Origin: Heteronotia binoei
Lineage: Eukaryota
DNA: 64,000 nucleotides
Assembly: GCF_032191835.1 (NCBI RefSeq)
Contig: NC_083236.1
Location: 26,288,001 to 26,352,000, forward strand
Direction: 5' to 3'
Shown here: positions 25,655-36,916 of the stretch, one piece after another
How positions within the stretch are numbered: the stretch's first letter is position 1
Layout of the letters: each line of letters begins with the position of its first letter
Translations under genes and position numbers: made by a program
Notes under the pieces: generated by a model
Database searches by the model: none
The model's input: only the letters and a program-made list of their open reading frames with translations
What the model was told of the DNA's origin: nothing

Positions 25655-26244
25655 GTAAAGCTGGCCATTTGGTTTATACTATGCTCCTCTTCATTCTTTC
25701 TTTGCTTGATGGCAGACCCACTAATATCTGGAGTTTGCCATTTCTAGCCATGCAGCTGCCGCTGTGTCCAGTGAGGCAGGCTCCTTGGTACCAGTAGAGT
25801 TTAGGGGCAGGAAAGAGCTTCAGATAGCCACAATTGTAGATAAATGAACCTATATCTTTTTTCCTTTCAAGTAAGCAAACAGCATTCAAACTTTAAAAAA
25901 CAACAACATTAAAATGTAAGGCTTTGAGAGTCCCTGTTTTTTTCTTGGATTTGGTATTAATTCTGTTTGGATCCACAAACAGGCACAGAGAGGGAAAAGC
26001 TTCAGGCAGCCATTCCTGGACACTGAAAGATGCTGCAGTCTTCATTCTGGAGAGGATGTGTCATTTCAAAGATTCAGTTGATTGCTATTGATTGGGAAGA
26101 TGCGTGGCTTCTTGTAGCCTGCCAAGCTGTCTTCTGTAGGAAGTCAACAAGATTAGCCTTGATGTTATTATCCCAGCCTCTGGGTGGTTTTGCTTTTCTA
26201 TTTTGTATGCTGAAGTAGACCAGAATGTCTGTTACTGCTGACAG

Positions 26245-26945
26245 AAAAGGGCTCCTTTCAGGCACTTGAATCTAGAAACAGCATCTGCATATTGGATGCT
26301 GGTAAACTGGAGCGTGTCCAGAGGGGGACAACAAAGATAGTGAGGAGACCAAGCCCTATCTGGAAAGGTTGGAGGAAATGGGTATGTGTAGCTTGTAGAG
26401 GAGACAATTGAGAGGTGATATGATAGCCATCTTTGAATGTTTGAAGGGCCATCAGATAGAGGAAGGAGTGGAGTCATTTTCTGTTGCTACAGAAGATTGG
26501 ACCAGAACCAACTAGTTGGAATTAAATCAAAATAGTTTTCAGCTAAACATTAGGAATAACTTCCTCATGGTTAAAGCAGTTCCTCAGTGAAACAGGCTTC
26601 CTTGAGAAGTGGTGGGCTCTCCTTTGGAAATTTTTAAGCAGAGGCTAGATGGCAATTTGACAGCAATGCTGATTCTGTGACTATGAGTTTAGGCAGATTG
26701 TGAGAGGGAGGGCAGGAAGGGATGCTCAGTAGGCTCTTGTGGCCTTTTCTTATATGCCCAGGGTACTGGAGATTGCCACTTTGGGGTGAGGAAGGAATTT
26801 TTCTCTGGGCCAGATTGGTCCAGGGATCCCAGGAGGTTTTTTTGCGTAGAGCAAAAGAAGTGGGGGGAGGCAGCTGTGAATTTTCTGCATTGTGCAAGGT
26901 TTGAACTAGATGAGCCCTGGGGCTATTCCAGCTCCATGTTTCAGT
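26245..26945 (+). mobile_element. CR1 LINE 3' fragment
   Basis: aaactggagcgtgtccagagg...gagaggtgatatgatagccatcttt...aacattaggaataacttcctc, through to a ttgaactagatga terminal motif. Confidence 0.8.
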
Positions 26946-27124
26946 GTTTCTCCAGATGAGGCCTTCTATCCCCCTTCCTCATTCACTGCCATGTTAACAG
27001 AGGCTGCAGTCCTAAGACCACTTTTCAGGGAGTAAGCCTGGGACTTACTTTCGAGGAGGTCTGCTTAGGATTGCTCCCATAGAAACAGGACCCATAAAGT
27101 TAACCACGGTTTGATAATGCTGGT

Positions 27125-27390
27125 CAGGGCTTTTTATGTAGCAGGAACTCCTTTGCATATTAGGCCGCACCCCTCTTATGTAGCCAGTCCTCTTGGAGCT
27201 TACAGGGTTCTTAGTACTGTTAGCCGCCCTGAGCCGCTTTGCGGGGAGGGCGGGGTAGAAATAAAATTTATTATTATTATTAGTAGTAGTAGTAGTAGTA
27301 CAGGGCCTACTGTAAGCTCTTGGAGGATTGGCTACATCTGGTGGGTGTGGCCTAATATGCATAGGAGTTCCTGCTACAAAAAAAGCCCTG
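27125..27390. mobile_element. Palindromic hAT MITE (family C) with a nested L2 tail
   Basis: TIRs cagggctttt / aaaaagccctg with long internal inverted arms; perfect 8-bp TSD atgctggt. Confidence 0.9.
27218..27295 (+). mobile_element. Very short 5'-truncated young L2 3' end
   Basis: tgttagccgccctgagcc...gggcggggtagaaat matches the L2 terminus at 55065-55110 (reverse complement); TSD tagtac. Confidence 0.75.
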
Positions 27391-27914
27391 ATGCTGGTAC
27401 TGTTACTTGTCCACACAAGCTCCCAGAAGAACAACCCCCATATTTAGTGAGTTTCCTACTTTTCAGTCTGGCCTTACCACTGCCCCACATGTTGCCCGTA
27501 GGCTGTCAGCTCCGTGATCATGGGCAAATTTGCAGAGCTGATTAGTGAAAGTTGATTGAACAGTGGCATCCTAAGCATCATTATGCCCTTCTAAGCACAC
27601 TGAAGCCAGGAGGCTTAGAAAGACGTAACACTGCTGAGGATGGCTCTGTAATTATTAAGATATCTTTCAGTCAGGACCTTGCTCCAGAAGGTCTACTGCA
27701 GCATGGGAAAATACTGGCTTTCTCTTATCTGCTTCTTTAAATCAGGGGAAGGAATCAGTGTACATAAATGCCATTGTGTTGACATGCTAGACGTGTTTAA
27801 GAACTGCTTGCTTCTGGCTCAGTTTTCTGATCTGTTTAGTTGTAGGCCCTTCCCCAGAGAAGGAGTGAAATGTGACATGCCATTACTTATGAAGATGTGA
27901 TTTGAATTCTGCAG

Positions 27915-28070
27915 GCTGTCCTGGAGGAAGCAGACATTCGCATGGTTGACATTAAGAAAGCCATAGCGGACTTTGAAAAAGACATAGTCAAGACTATAAC
28001 CAAGAAGAAAGGAAGCATCATAGCTTCTGATAAAGTGATGAGATATATGGAAGAGAAGATCCGCTCCAGG
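27915..28070 (+). CDS. CFAP263: CFAP263 coding exon 4 (156 nt)
   Basis: AVLEEADIRMVDIKKAIADFEKDIVKTITKKKGSIIASDKVMRYMEEKIRSR. ctgcag| acceptor, AGG|gtcag donor. Confidence 0.95.
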
Positions 28071-28766
28071 GTCAGTGGAGATTTTCCCCCTTGTTTTGCT
28101 CTCATAAATGGTTCTGTTGATGTCAGTAAGGTAGAACAGGCAAGACCTCTTGCATCCTTGGGGCTAATGCTCAACTGGAGCCCTCTGAGTGTTCACAACT
28201 AGGGATGGAGACCATCCATCTCAGAGGAGAGGGATGGAATCAGCTGCCCCCTCTTTTGAAGGGTGGGCGCTCATAGTTACTCATGGTCACCTAACTTCCA
28301 CCACCTCAGATCATGAGCTAGAAAATGCACTAATTGCTGGTGTCCAGTGTCTCAGACCTGTGAAATCTGGATGAGGGGTGCCAAGGAGATATGGCCCTAG
28401 CACAGTCATCATTTGTGAGGTGTAATGTTAAGTGAAATTTCACTTTACTTTGTTGTAAAGCTAAAGATAGAGAGGGGCCATTCTACAACTCTAGATGGGT
28501 AGTAGCTTTCAGCTGAATACTGGAAGTGTAGGTTGCATGCAAAGCTGATCTTTCTCTGTTTCTGTGAGTATCTATGAGTGTCTAAAAGGGACAGGGGGTT
28601 GATAGGTGCCCCAAATGGTAAGCGCAATATCTGCAGGTGTTATTTCCAAAGCTTGTGGAGTTTGAGAGTCATTTGGGGTGGGAACACAAACTGTCACGCA
28701 AATACCTAGCTTGTAATCAACCTGCACTTGTATGTATTGTCTTTGCCAGTGACTTTCTTTTTTCAG

Positions 28767-28847
28767 GATGTACTGAAGGAGAAGATCCGTTTGAAAAACG
28801 ATTCCTTAAAAGTCCAGAAGAAGAAAATGCAGCTGCAGCTCAAGCAG
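28767..28847 (+). CDS. CFAP263: CFAP263 coding exon 5 (81 nt)
   Basis: DVLKEKIRLKNDSLKVQKKKMQLQLKQ. tttcag| acceptor, CAG|gtatc donor. Confidence 0.94.
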
Positions 28848-29225
28848 GTATCTATGCCATTTTTATGGTATGTTTCGGAAAGTGCAGCTTGACAAGTCTG
28901 ATTAGGTTATGGAACCCTAGGGCACAGATGTGCCTTTGCTATGTGTTCCATTTTAGTGCTTCTTTAAGTAAGACCATCTCTGTCAAGGGGGCACTAAAAT
29001 TATCACTCTAAAAGGAGCCCAAGTCCTTGGTGCCAAATGTGCCAGCAAGTACCAGAAGCAGAAAGTTCTGCAGGCCAGCTACACTCAGATGACTCAGGTA
29101 AATGAGCCAAGAAATGCTAAGATGGAATAGCAAAGTCTGCAAGAGTTTCCAGCCAATATGCCCTGGAGGAAAATCCCTTCCCAACCCCAAATGTGACCTA
29201 AAAGTTCACCCCAAAGAGATTTTGT

Positions 29226-29355
29226 TGGGTGCCAATTTTATGAATGAGAACCTTCACATTCAGGAGCAGTAAACCCCTGAACCCCAGTACTGGGTGCCAG
29301 TTTTATGAATGGGAACCTTCACATTCAGGAGCAGTAAACCCCTGAATCCCAGTAC
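29226..29355. repeat. 65-bp tandem duplication (2 copies)
   Basis: tgggtgcca(a/g)ttttatgaatg(a/g)gaaccttcacattcaggagcagtaaacccctgaa(c/t)cccagtac, twice with 3 differences. Confidence 0.92.
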
Positions 29356-29402
29356 TAGGACACAACATAAGAGAATAGCCTTGACCTCTGTGCTAAGGGA
29401 AG

Positions 29403-29612
29403 GGAGGTGTCATGGCTGAGTTGGTGGAGCATCCGCCTTGCATGCTTAAGATTCCAGGTTCAATCCCCGGCATCTCCAGTTAAGAGGACCAGGCAGTAGG
29501 TGATGTGAAAGATCTGAGTCTGAGACCCTGGAGAGCTGTTGCCAGCCTGAGTAGACAATACTGACCTTGATTGACCAGTGGTCTGATTCAGAATCAGGCA
29601 GCTTCACGTGTC
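29403..29612 (+). mobile_element. tRNA-derived squamate SINE (Squam2-like)
   Basis: A box tggctgagttgg, B box ggttcaatcc; body gagaccctggagagctg...gagtagacaatactgac...aggcagcttca. Confidence 0.8.
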
Positions 29613-31023
29613 CTGTTCGTTGGCTTTCCAGAGTAAGTGGTTGGCCCCTATGCAAGACAGGATGATGGACTACTAGTCTGATCTAGCAGGGCTCTTCTTA
29701 CATTCTTATAGCATAGTTGCTAGAGTGCCCTTAGGGAATCTGAGATCCAATCCCCATTCAGCCAGGAAACTCACTCAGTAATCCACTCCCATTTATATTT
29801 GCCTTACTGGGCTACTGGGAGGACAAAAATGGGACTGGGTGGGGATGCTGAGCTCCTTGGGGGGTGGTAAAATATAGGTGGGAGAAAAACTGTTCAGCAG
29901 ACACTAACTCTGAGCCTTGGTGGTCTACAGCTGTTGTTCCTGTTTCTTGCTGTGTAAGTTCCCTGCGCACCCCTTTTGCAGCAGAAACACAGAAATAAGA
30001 ATCAGGTCTAGTAAAGGCCATGCCAGGAGGCTCTAGCAAAGGGGGCAGGGATGTCTATGGTGCTTTATGGTCTTTAACTTGTTTATCAGCAGCATGAAGA
30101 GAGAGTCCTCCTGTTACCCTGTCCTTACCTTGCTAAGGCCATCAGGAACTCAGCAGATCCAAGACCAACAATTTCCCGCCCTGACTCCTTCAGTTTTTCT
30201 AGACTGTCACTAGTCTCATGGCATTTTTTCTGTGCAGAGGTGTTGCAAGAGTTTCTAAGGGAACATGCTTATGACCTGAGTCTGACACAGCTACTTCCCA
30301 GAAGCCACGATGCTTCCTCCAAGATGTTCCCCCCTCAGCTGGACATTGCAACGTTCCCCCAAGCACCTAGCATGTTTTTCTTGAACCACACCTGAAAGAC
30401 AACCTTGATGCTTCTTTGTAAAAATCATTGCTTTCAGATTGTGCTGAAAATAAAATTTAAAAATTGCTCACCTTTGTTACTGCAATAACTTCTCTCCCAG
30501 TTGGAAAGTGGCAAGGTCAGAATAGTGACTCGCAGAGACACCACGAGCACTCTCCTCTGATGGGTAATCCTGAAAATATGGCTTCAGTCACACCAAATTT
30601 TAGTCAGAATTACCCATCAGAAGAAAGTCAATTGGAAGCAAACAATGCAGTGGGCCAGTTTTCTTGGAGGGGGAGCAGGGTGACTTAGTAAATTATAGTA
30701 ACTTAGTAAATTATTTTATTGTCGTACCCCTCATGTGCCATGATAATTGGTATGTGAATTACTGCATTATGATAGTGGTAAGAAAAATGGAGCTGAAGCC
30801 TACTTTTCAACCCTGTGGGACCATTTTCTAATTGCCAACTTAAATGGCTCCAATCCTTTCCACCCAGAAAAACAGCTGGACCATGGCTTGTCAGATTTGT
30901 AGCTCCATTCCAAGAGTATGCTAGTTCCCATAACCTGCATTAAACAGCTCCACAGTTCTTAAAGGGCCTGCTTGCGTTTGGCTTGCTTCGTAAGTGACTG
31001 TCGGTATTCTTGCTCGGTTACAG

Positions 31024-31179
31024 AAGGAAGAGCTGGGGGAGGCTCTTCATGAGGTGGACTTCCAGCAGCTGAAGATTGAAAATGCCCAGTTCCTGGAGAA
31101 AATTGAGGAGCGGAACCAGGACCTGCTGCGGCAGAAGATGACTGTGGGTAGCGTCCTCCAGATCCTCAACCGCTACAAA
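31024..31179 (+). CDS. CFAP263: CFAP263 coding exon 6 (156 nt)
   Basis: KEELGEALHEVDFQQLKIENAQFLEKIEERNQDLLRQKMTVGSVLQILNRYK, containing the CCDC113/CCDC96 DFQQLKIENAQF motif. ttacag| acceptor, AAA|gtaag donor. Confidence 0.96.
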
Positions 31180-31544
31180 GTAAGTTGAGCCAAGATTTCA
31201 GCCCTCCGGCTCTAGAGACCCAGCTTAAGGTGACAGCTGGAAGAATCCCGCCCCCAGGCCCCTCCAAATTGGAGTGTGACACACGTGTGGCTGAGGAAGA
31301 ACCTGAGAGGGTGCTCTGCAGATTTGGCAGGAACCCTGGTCTGAGGCCACTGTCAAGGTCACACAAGGGTTTCCGTGCACACCAAGCACTAGGGGTGTAG
31401 CTGTGAGCGATGCAGCCCTTCCTTCCTTAGCAGTTGCAGCTTGTGTCTCTCCAGCTGCATTCTGTACCTTCTTCAGGCTCCTGGGGTTACCCCCAGGAGG
31501 AGCTGAGTCGTGTGCAAGAAGCATGTCTTGGCCTCTTCCTGAAA

Positions 31545-31657
31545 ACCGAGATGGTGTAGTGGTTCAAGTGGTAGACAAAGATCTGAGAGACCCAGGTTCA
31601 AATCCTCAAACTTGGCCATGGAAGCTTGCTGGGTGGCCTTGGGCCAGTCACTCTCAG
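31545..31657 (+). mobile_element. Squam3-like SINE, 5' part
   Basis: ggtgtagtgg A box, ggttcaaatcc B box, catggaagcttgctgggtggccttgggccagtcac core. Confidence 0.75.
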
Positions 31658-32750
31658 AAGGAGGTCTGGGAGGCAGAACCAGTTCAATAATGAAGGTAAA
31701 ATGGACGTTCCCTGTTTTGAATTGGTCCTGCCTCCAAGTCCCAGACTTTCCATCACTGATGCAAGAACTGGTTTCACTTCCTGAACTTTCTCCCACTGCT
31801 AACACAGGATCTGGTTTTTAATCCCAAAACTCTTCCACCTCAGACACAAGACAACAGGATTCCTTCTTCAGGACAGGCAGAGTATGGCCTGTTTACTCCC
31901 ATTCTGTCTTCCTCCTTGAAACTCTCCCTGTTATGTCCTTCTTTCCCTTCCCACTTCTCAGCTACCTATTTTGATTCCTGTCCCGATCTCCAGCTGGCTG
32001 GTAGTTCCACTAACTTCCAGCTTCCTTCTGCTCTCCATTGCCATGCTATGGATTCCCTATCTGCATCTCCTGCCTCCTGCTGTGTCCCGACCTCTGCATT
32101 GTACATCCCAATTGCCAGGACATCTCCACACCTTGGGTTGGATCCAGACTAAAGTTTCTGCTAATGGAAGGGAGGGATTTCCACAGATTCTCCCTTCCCT
32201 TTGCAGATTCGTATCTCACGCTGTTCGCAAGGGTCCCGTGTGCCCCAGGAGCAGTATTTCAGGGAGGCCATTGTCCTGCAGTTGGAGGTGGGGGAGGCAG
32301 GAACATTCTGTTCTGCTGACAAAAGTGCCTTGCATGAGTGAAAATCTAGGGCTATCTTTGATATCCCCGGAAGGGCTCAGCAGAGATCTCTTGGGATCTT
32401 GCCACCTCTGTTTTCAGTCTCAGAAGGGACTTTGTACAAAACCTCATTTACACTGGTATATCTGGATCAGTGTCTGGAACTCCTGAACAACAACAAAATG
32501 AAGCCCAACAGCAATTCCAAAGGGTCTCAAATAAGTTCCAGAGCCTGGACAAAATTGCAATAATGATTTGATGTGTTAGGCTGGGCTGCGGACCACATGC
32601 TTAACCTTCCTTCTGCTTCTGCTCACTGGCCACAAGATGTATGGCTAGTCAGCACTCCCATGAACAGAATTAATCTGAATGGTGATTGAAAGGGATGCCG
32701 CCTGAATTCTCCCTTCTGCTCAGTTCTGTCCAGACCATCTTATATTTTAG

Positions 32751-32858
32751 AGGAAGCTACAAACTGCAACAGCGACGGCCACCCGACTGGTGAAAGACAT
32801 CACTCAGAGAAAGGAGTCTCTGGAAAAAATTGAGCGAGAATTCATCGTTGTTGAGGAG
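32751..32858 (+). CDS. CFAP263: CFAP263 coding exon 7 (108 nt)
   Basis: RKLQTATATATRLVKDITQRKESLEKIEREFIVVEE. ttttag| acceptor, GAG|gtagg donor. Confidence 0.92.
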
Positions 32859-34159
32859 GTAGGAACGAAGGCAGACACAGGTAATGTCAAGCCAGGCCTC
32901 GGATTTCTCTGGGGATCTCATGTGATAGTAGGGAAAGTAGTCCTACATTTAAAGTCCAGAAAGAGGTTCTCAGAGCAAGACTGGCTTCCTGGCAAATTCT
33001 TGCTTCCAACACAGCCTTCTATTGGTTTATAGTAGCAGCACTTTTGGCTTCATGGGGTTGTGCTTCACATGGCAGCAACACTGTTCTTTTCCTTGTGGAG
33101 ACCTCTGTTAGGACTGTTCATATGGCAACAGTTGGGTCACAGGCTTTCCTCTGGTGCATCCAGCCCTTTGGAATGGCCTTCCCTCACTTCATTATGGGAG
33201 TGTGTTAGACAGTTTACTCCAGAGAGCATCTGGTGGAGGGTAAGCTGTTTTGGCAGATTTGGCTGCATTCCCTTTTGGTTTTTTGTGTTCTTGATTCTGC
33301 ATGATTTTATTAAAATATTTATTTTAACTCTGTGCTTTTAAATTTGTAATCTGTGCATTTCATTCAGTGTAATTGGGCTGCTTTGTTTTGTGTCCTTGAA
33401 ACCTGGTGTTGCATTGAGTTAACTCCCTTGAGTCTGAGGGATATAAACATTTAAAATGAAGAAATAAATGAGGATTACAGTTTTGCAAGCGTAGTTAGCA
33501 TCCAGTTCACTAGATTAATGTGTTTTGATGTTTCCAACTGTTTATCTGGCCCTTATTTGATCAGAATATAAATCAAATACGTTTTAGCAAAAACATCAGT
33601 ATAGAAAAATGAACCCTTGGCATTGCTTAAAAACAGCTCTGCTTGTTTACCAGCCTCATCAGGGAGCGAAAACATTAGATTTGGAGTACATTGATTTTCC
33701 CCGTTCAACATATTTTCAAAAAGATCAGAGTAAATGGTTTCAACCCAAGGAGGAATTGGGAGGTAAAGGGCAGAGAATTCTTTGTGAAAGGTCAGCAGAT
33801 GGAATAGGTACCCATTTGTCTCCTTAGGGTTGTGCATCCTGAACAAGAAGCCACATCTTTCCACATCCTGATCACTAGTCAGGGGACAACACAGCGCAGT
33901 GTTGAGCACAAGCAGAAGGAGGCCATTCTTCAGCTGTAGACTCATTCACCCAAGAAAGGAACCCACCATAAGCCAAACTGTTATTGGATGGCCTTCGGTT
34001 GTTACGTTTGCTGTAAAAGTGAGGTGGTCTCCCCCCTCTGCCGCCTACAACCCCTGCGCCACTTGTTAAAATCTGGAGTATGTTAACATGCATACCTGTC
34101 TTAAAATTTAGAAACTAAAGCAAGGGCTTCACACCCAAGACATTCTCCTTCTCTTTCAG

Positions 34160-34315
34160 GAGCGGAAGAAGGCAGAGGTCTTAAATAAAAAATTTAGGAG
34201 ACAGCTGGCGTACTACAAAGTGCCTCCCGTCCTGGATTATGTCCATGAGAAGATAGAAGTCCATGAGCTGGAAAATACCATCAAGATTTGGGAGAGGAAG
34301 GTGGAAATTGCAGAG
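34160..34315 (+). CDS. CFAP263: CFAP263 coding exon 8 (156 nt)
   Basis: ERKKAEVLNKKFRRQLAYYKVPPVLDYVHEKIEVHELENTIKIWERKVEIAE, containing the WERKVEIAE motif. tttcag| acceptor, GAG|gtatg donor. Confidence 0.96.
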
Positions 34316-34865
34316 GTATGGATATCCAGCCACTAGGCCATTGGCTGTCAGAAGCATATCCAAACCACAGCTGACCACAACATTACTATGCCTCCATTCT
34401 GTCTCTGGTTCTGATGCCTGGTAAAACTGAGTGTCACTGTGCCGATACCTGCAAAGGCACAAAATTCTCCATTGGGGAAAAATATGTGCATGGGGACCAC
34501 AAGTGGAGTCAATGCAGGTGTGGTGTTATTACGATTTAAGTAGTAGTGAACTGAACAGAAGCGGCACCCACTTTAAGTGGTGGTTGTCACCCAAGAACTC
34601 CCCCACTGTTGTCTTTAGAAGATCCTTGTTCCTTCCTTTTGTATGATTATGTAAGAATGCAGTAGAGCATCCCTCCTTGGCTTCCGTGCAAAATTTAATG
34701 AGCTGGTTTTGGTCTGTAAGTAGGCCTGCCTTGTCCCACGTGAACCTGCCTGTCAATATCTGAAGCTCTTCTCTGGCTGATTGTGCCAGCAGCAGAGAAG
34801 AGGGCCTTTATTGTGATAATTTCCATATTGTGCAGGTCCTCCCCAGATGTGCTTGCTTGGCTTCT

Positions 34866-35086
34866 TTGGTGGAAAGTTCTGTCAAGTCACAGCTGGCTCA
34901 TGGCAACCCAGGATGGTTTTCAAAGCAAGAGATGAACAGAGATGGTTTGCCGTTGCCTGCCACCATGTAGCAACCTTAGACTTCCTTGGTGATCTCCTAT
35001 CCATTTACTAACCAGGCAGGGCATACCCTGCTCAGTTTCTGAGATCTGATGAGATCGGGCTAGGCTACACCATGCAGCTCAGGGTT
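34866..35086 (-). mobile_element. 5S-headed Sauria-type SINE (reverse orientation)
   Basis: Reverse complement reads ccctgagctg...cccgatctcatcagatctcagaaactgagcaggg...ggcaaaccatctctg...gtgacttgac. Confidence 0.8.
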
Positions 35087-35120
35087 TGGCTTCTTTATTA
35101 TACTAAATACCAGGCTACAC

Positions 35121-35346
35121 CCATCCTGCCCTGAGCTGGATGGCCCAGACTAGCCTGATCACATCTGTTCTCGGAAGCTAAGCAGGGTCGGCCCTGATTA
35201 GTACTTGGGTGGGAGACCACCTAGGAAGTCCAGGTTTGTTACATGGAAACGGGCAATGGCAAACCGCTTCTGAACCCCTCTTGAATGAAAACCCTACAAG
35301 ATCGCCGTTAAGACAGCTGTGACTTGACAGCATTTTCCACCACCAC
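35121..35346 (+). mobile_element. 5S-headed Sauria-type SINE
   Basis: ctcggaagctaagcagggtcgg...ttagtacttgggtgggagacc (5S box A and box C) followed by the Sauria-type tail. Confidence 0.85.
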
Positions 35347-36120
35347 ATCCATCCTGTTTATCCATTCTTGGAATAATATCACATTTGGATTGTATTCTGT
35401 TGCTTCCCAATTTATGATTTTTACTATTCTGTCATTTTTTTTTTAGTTTGATTTAATAGTATTATTTTTGTCTATTTTAATTTGTAAACTGCCTTGGGGG
35501 TATTTTTAAGAGAAAAGAAGGGGGAAGGAGTAAAGAAAAGTAAACCCTATAAGAACACCATTGAGTGTTCCAGTACATTCAGTGGCGGATTCTGACGTGT
35601 TTGGGACTTCCCACTGTGGCAGCCAATAACACTGTGATCCCCCTGCATTCAACCTGGTTGTGGTTTCTTCTCTGAGAACTGAGGATGGAGGCAGACTCAG
35701 CACTGCCAAAGAATAATGTGGAACCAGACAGCCCTAGGCCATTCTGCCAGGCCGTTCTGAAGGCAGGCTTGCGCTGTCAGCATTGTAGAGAAAGCCCCTA
35801 TTGCCTTCGTTGAATCAGAAGCTCAGACCCTGGTCTTCGCTACCTGTGGTCCAGGTGACCTTTGGCTCCTGCTGATGGCTGTGTAAGGTCTTTTCTGAGC
35901 CATATGGAAAGAAAAAAGCAACCTGAACACAGCTGCCTTGACTGGAGTGGGTTTCTACATAGGGTGCACCTCTGCAAAGCAATTCCAGGAATGCAGCTGC
36001 AGAAGGAAGGGTGCTTCCTTTCCCCCCACCCCATTGGATTATCTTTCAAGACCGCCTGTGTTTCTGAGAAGTGCCATAGTTGGGCCACCAGTGATGTTCT
36101 GTTGATGATAGGCCTTAAAA

Positions 36121-36342
36121 AGCCAGTGTGGTGTAATGGTTGGAGTATCAGAGTAGGATCTGGGAGACCCAGGTTCGAGTCCTTGCTCTGCCATGGAAGC
36201 TTGCTGGGTGATCTCAGGCCAATCTCAGCCTAGCCTTCTTCACAGGGTGTTTGTTGTGAAGATAAAATAGAGGAGAGGAGAACGTGGTAAGCTGCTCTGA
36301 GTTCCCATCCGGGAGAAAGCCAGGGTATAAATGAAGTAAATA
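36121..36342 (+). mobile_element. Squam3-like SINE, near full length
   Basis: agccagtgtggtgtaatgg head, ggttcgagtcc B box, family core and tail cagggtataaatgaagtaaata. Confidence 0.8.
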
Positions 36343-36420
36343 GTCAGTTAATTACACATGTTGGCTGAGAATCCTGTCCAGTGGATTTTGACTTCATCTT
36401 TCACCTCTCGTGTCTTGCAG

Positions 36421-36513
36421 ATGGCCTTGCAGAGCTACCGGAGCGTTTGGCAGAAGGCGAAGCTGGCCAGTCAACAGCTGCAGGCTCTCCTCCCAGAACA
36501 AGTGGCCCACTGA
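36421..36513 (+). CDS. CFAP263: CFAP263 last coding exon (93 nt including TGA); total protein 397 aa
   Basis: MALQSYRSVWQKAKLASQQLQALLPEQVAH*. ttgcag| acceptor at 36420. Confidence 0.92.
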   Translation: MALQSYRSVWQKAKLASQQLQALLPEQVAH

Positions 36514-36547
36514 CACTAAGATGGGCAGCCCACTGACACTAAGATGG
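36505..36547. repeat. 20-bp direct repeat (period 23) spanning the CFAP263 stop codon
   Basis: gcccactgacactaagatgg at 36505 and 36528. Confidence 0.9.
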
Positions 36548-36792
36548 TAGCCTGGCATTAGAAGAGAGGAAAAGCCACCCACCGTGGCACTGCTTGCATT
36601 TCACTGGCCTTCGTTTTGCCCTCTTCCTGACACAGCACTTGTACCCAAGCCTCACGGGATTCCTGCCACTGTGATTCTTTCCTTTTCTGTACTCGTGTGA
36701 GGAGTTATTTTTACAGTTAATACTTGGCTATGTTTACACTGGTTTTTCTACTTTGGAGTCATATCACACAAAGTGGATCAAAGGATGTAAAG

Positions 36793-36798
36793 TTTAAT
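36793..36798 (-). terminator. Candidate polyadenylation signal (ATTAAA) for PRSS54
   Basis: Plus-strand TTTAAT about 120 nt past the PRSS54 stop codon. Confidence 0.4.
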
Positions 36799-36916
36799 AG
36801 TTCAAAAGAACTTTCCAGCTAAAGAGACAGATCAGCACCACACAGCATTAGCATTGGCAGTGCAGATGGGAGATTTTCTTAGTGCGGAATCTCCTGTTCA
36901 GCCCTAAGCCACCCAC

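Noticed and set aside
28848-28856. Possible U12-type intron at the CFAP263 exon 5 donor (GTATCT)
   Set aside because: The U12 donor consensus is GTATCCTT; this reads GTATCTAT, and CAG|GTAT is an ordinary U2 donor.
29403-29480. tRNA-like A/B box sequences (also 20570, 31550, 36125, 54390, 58590)
   Set aside because: No complete cloverleaf; each continues into a shared SINE body.
35121-35250. 5S rRNA gene-like sequences (also 8504, 34980-35086, 56222)
   Set aside because: They are diverged, lack proper 5S ends and the oligo-T terminator, and run into SINE bodies; these are SINE heads, not rRNA genes.
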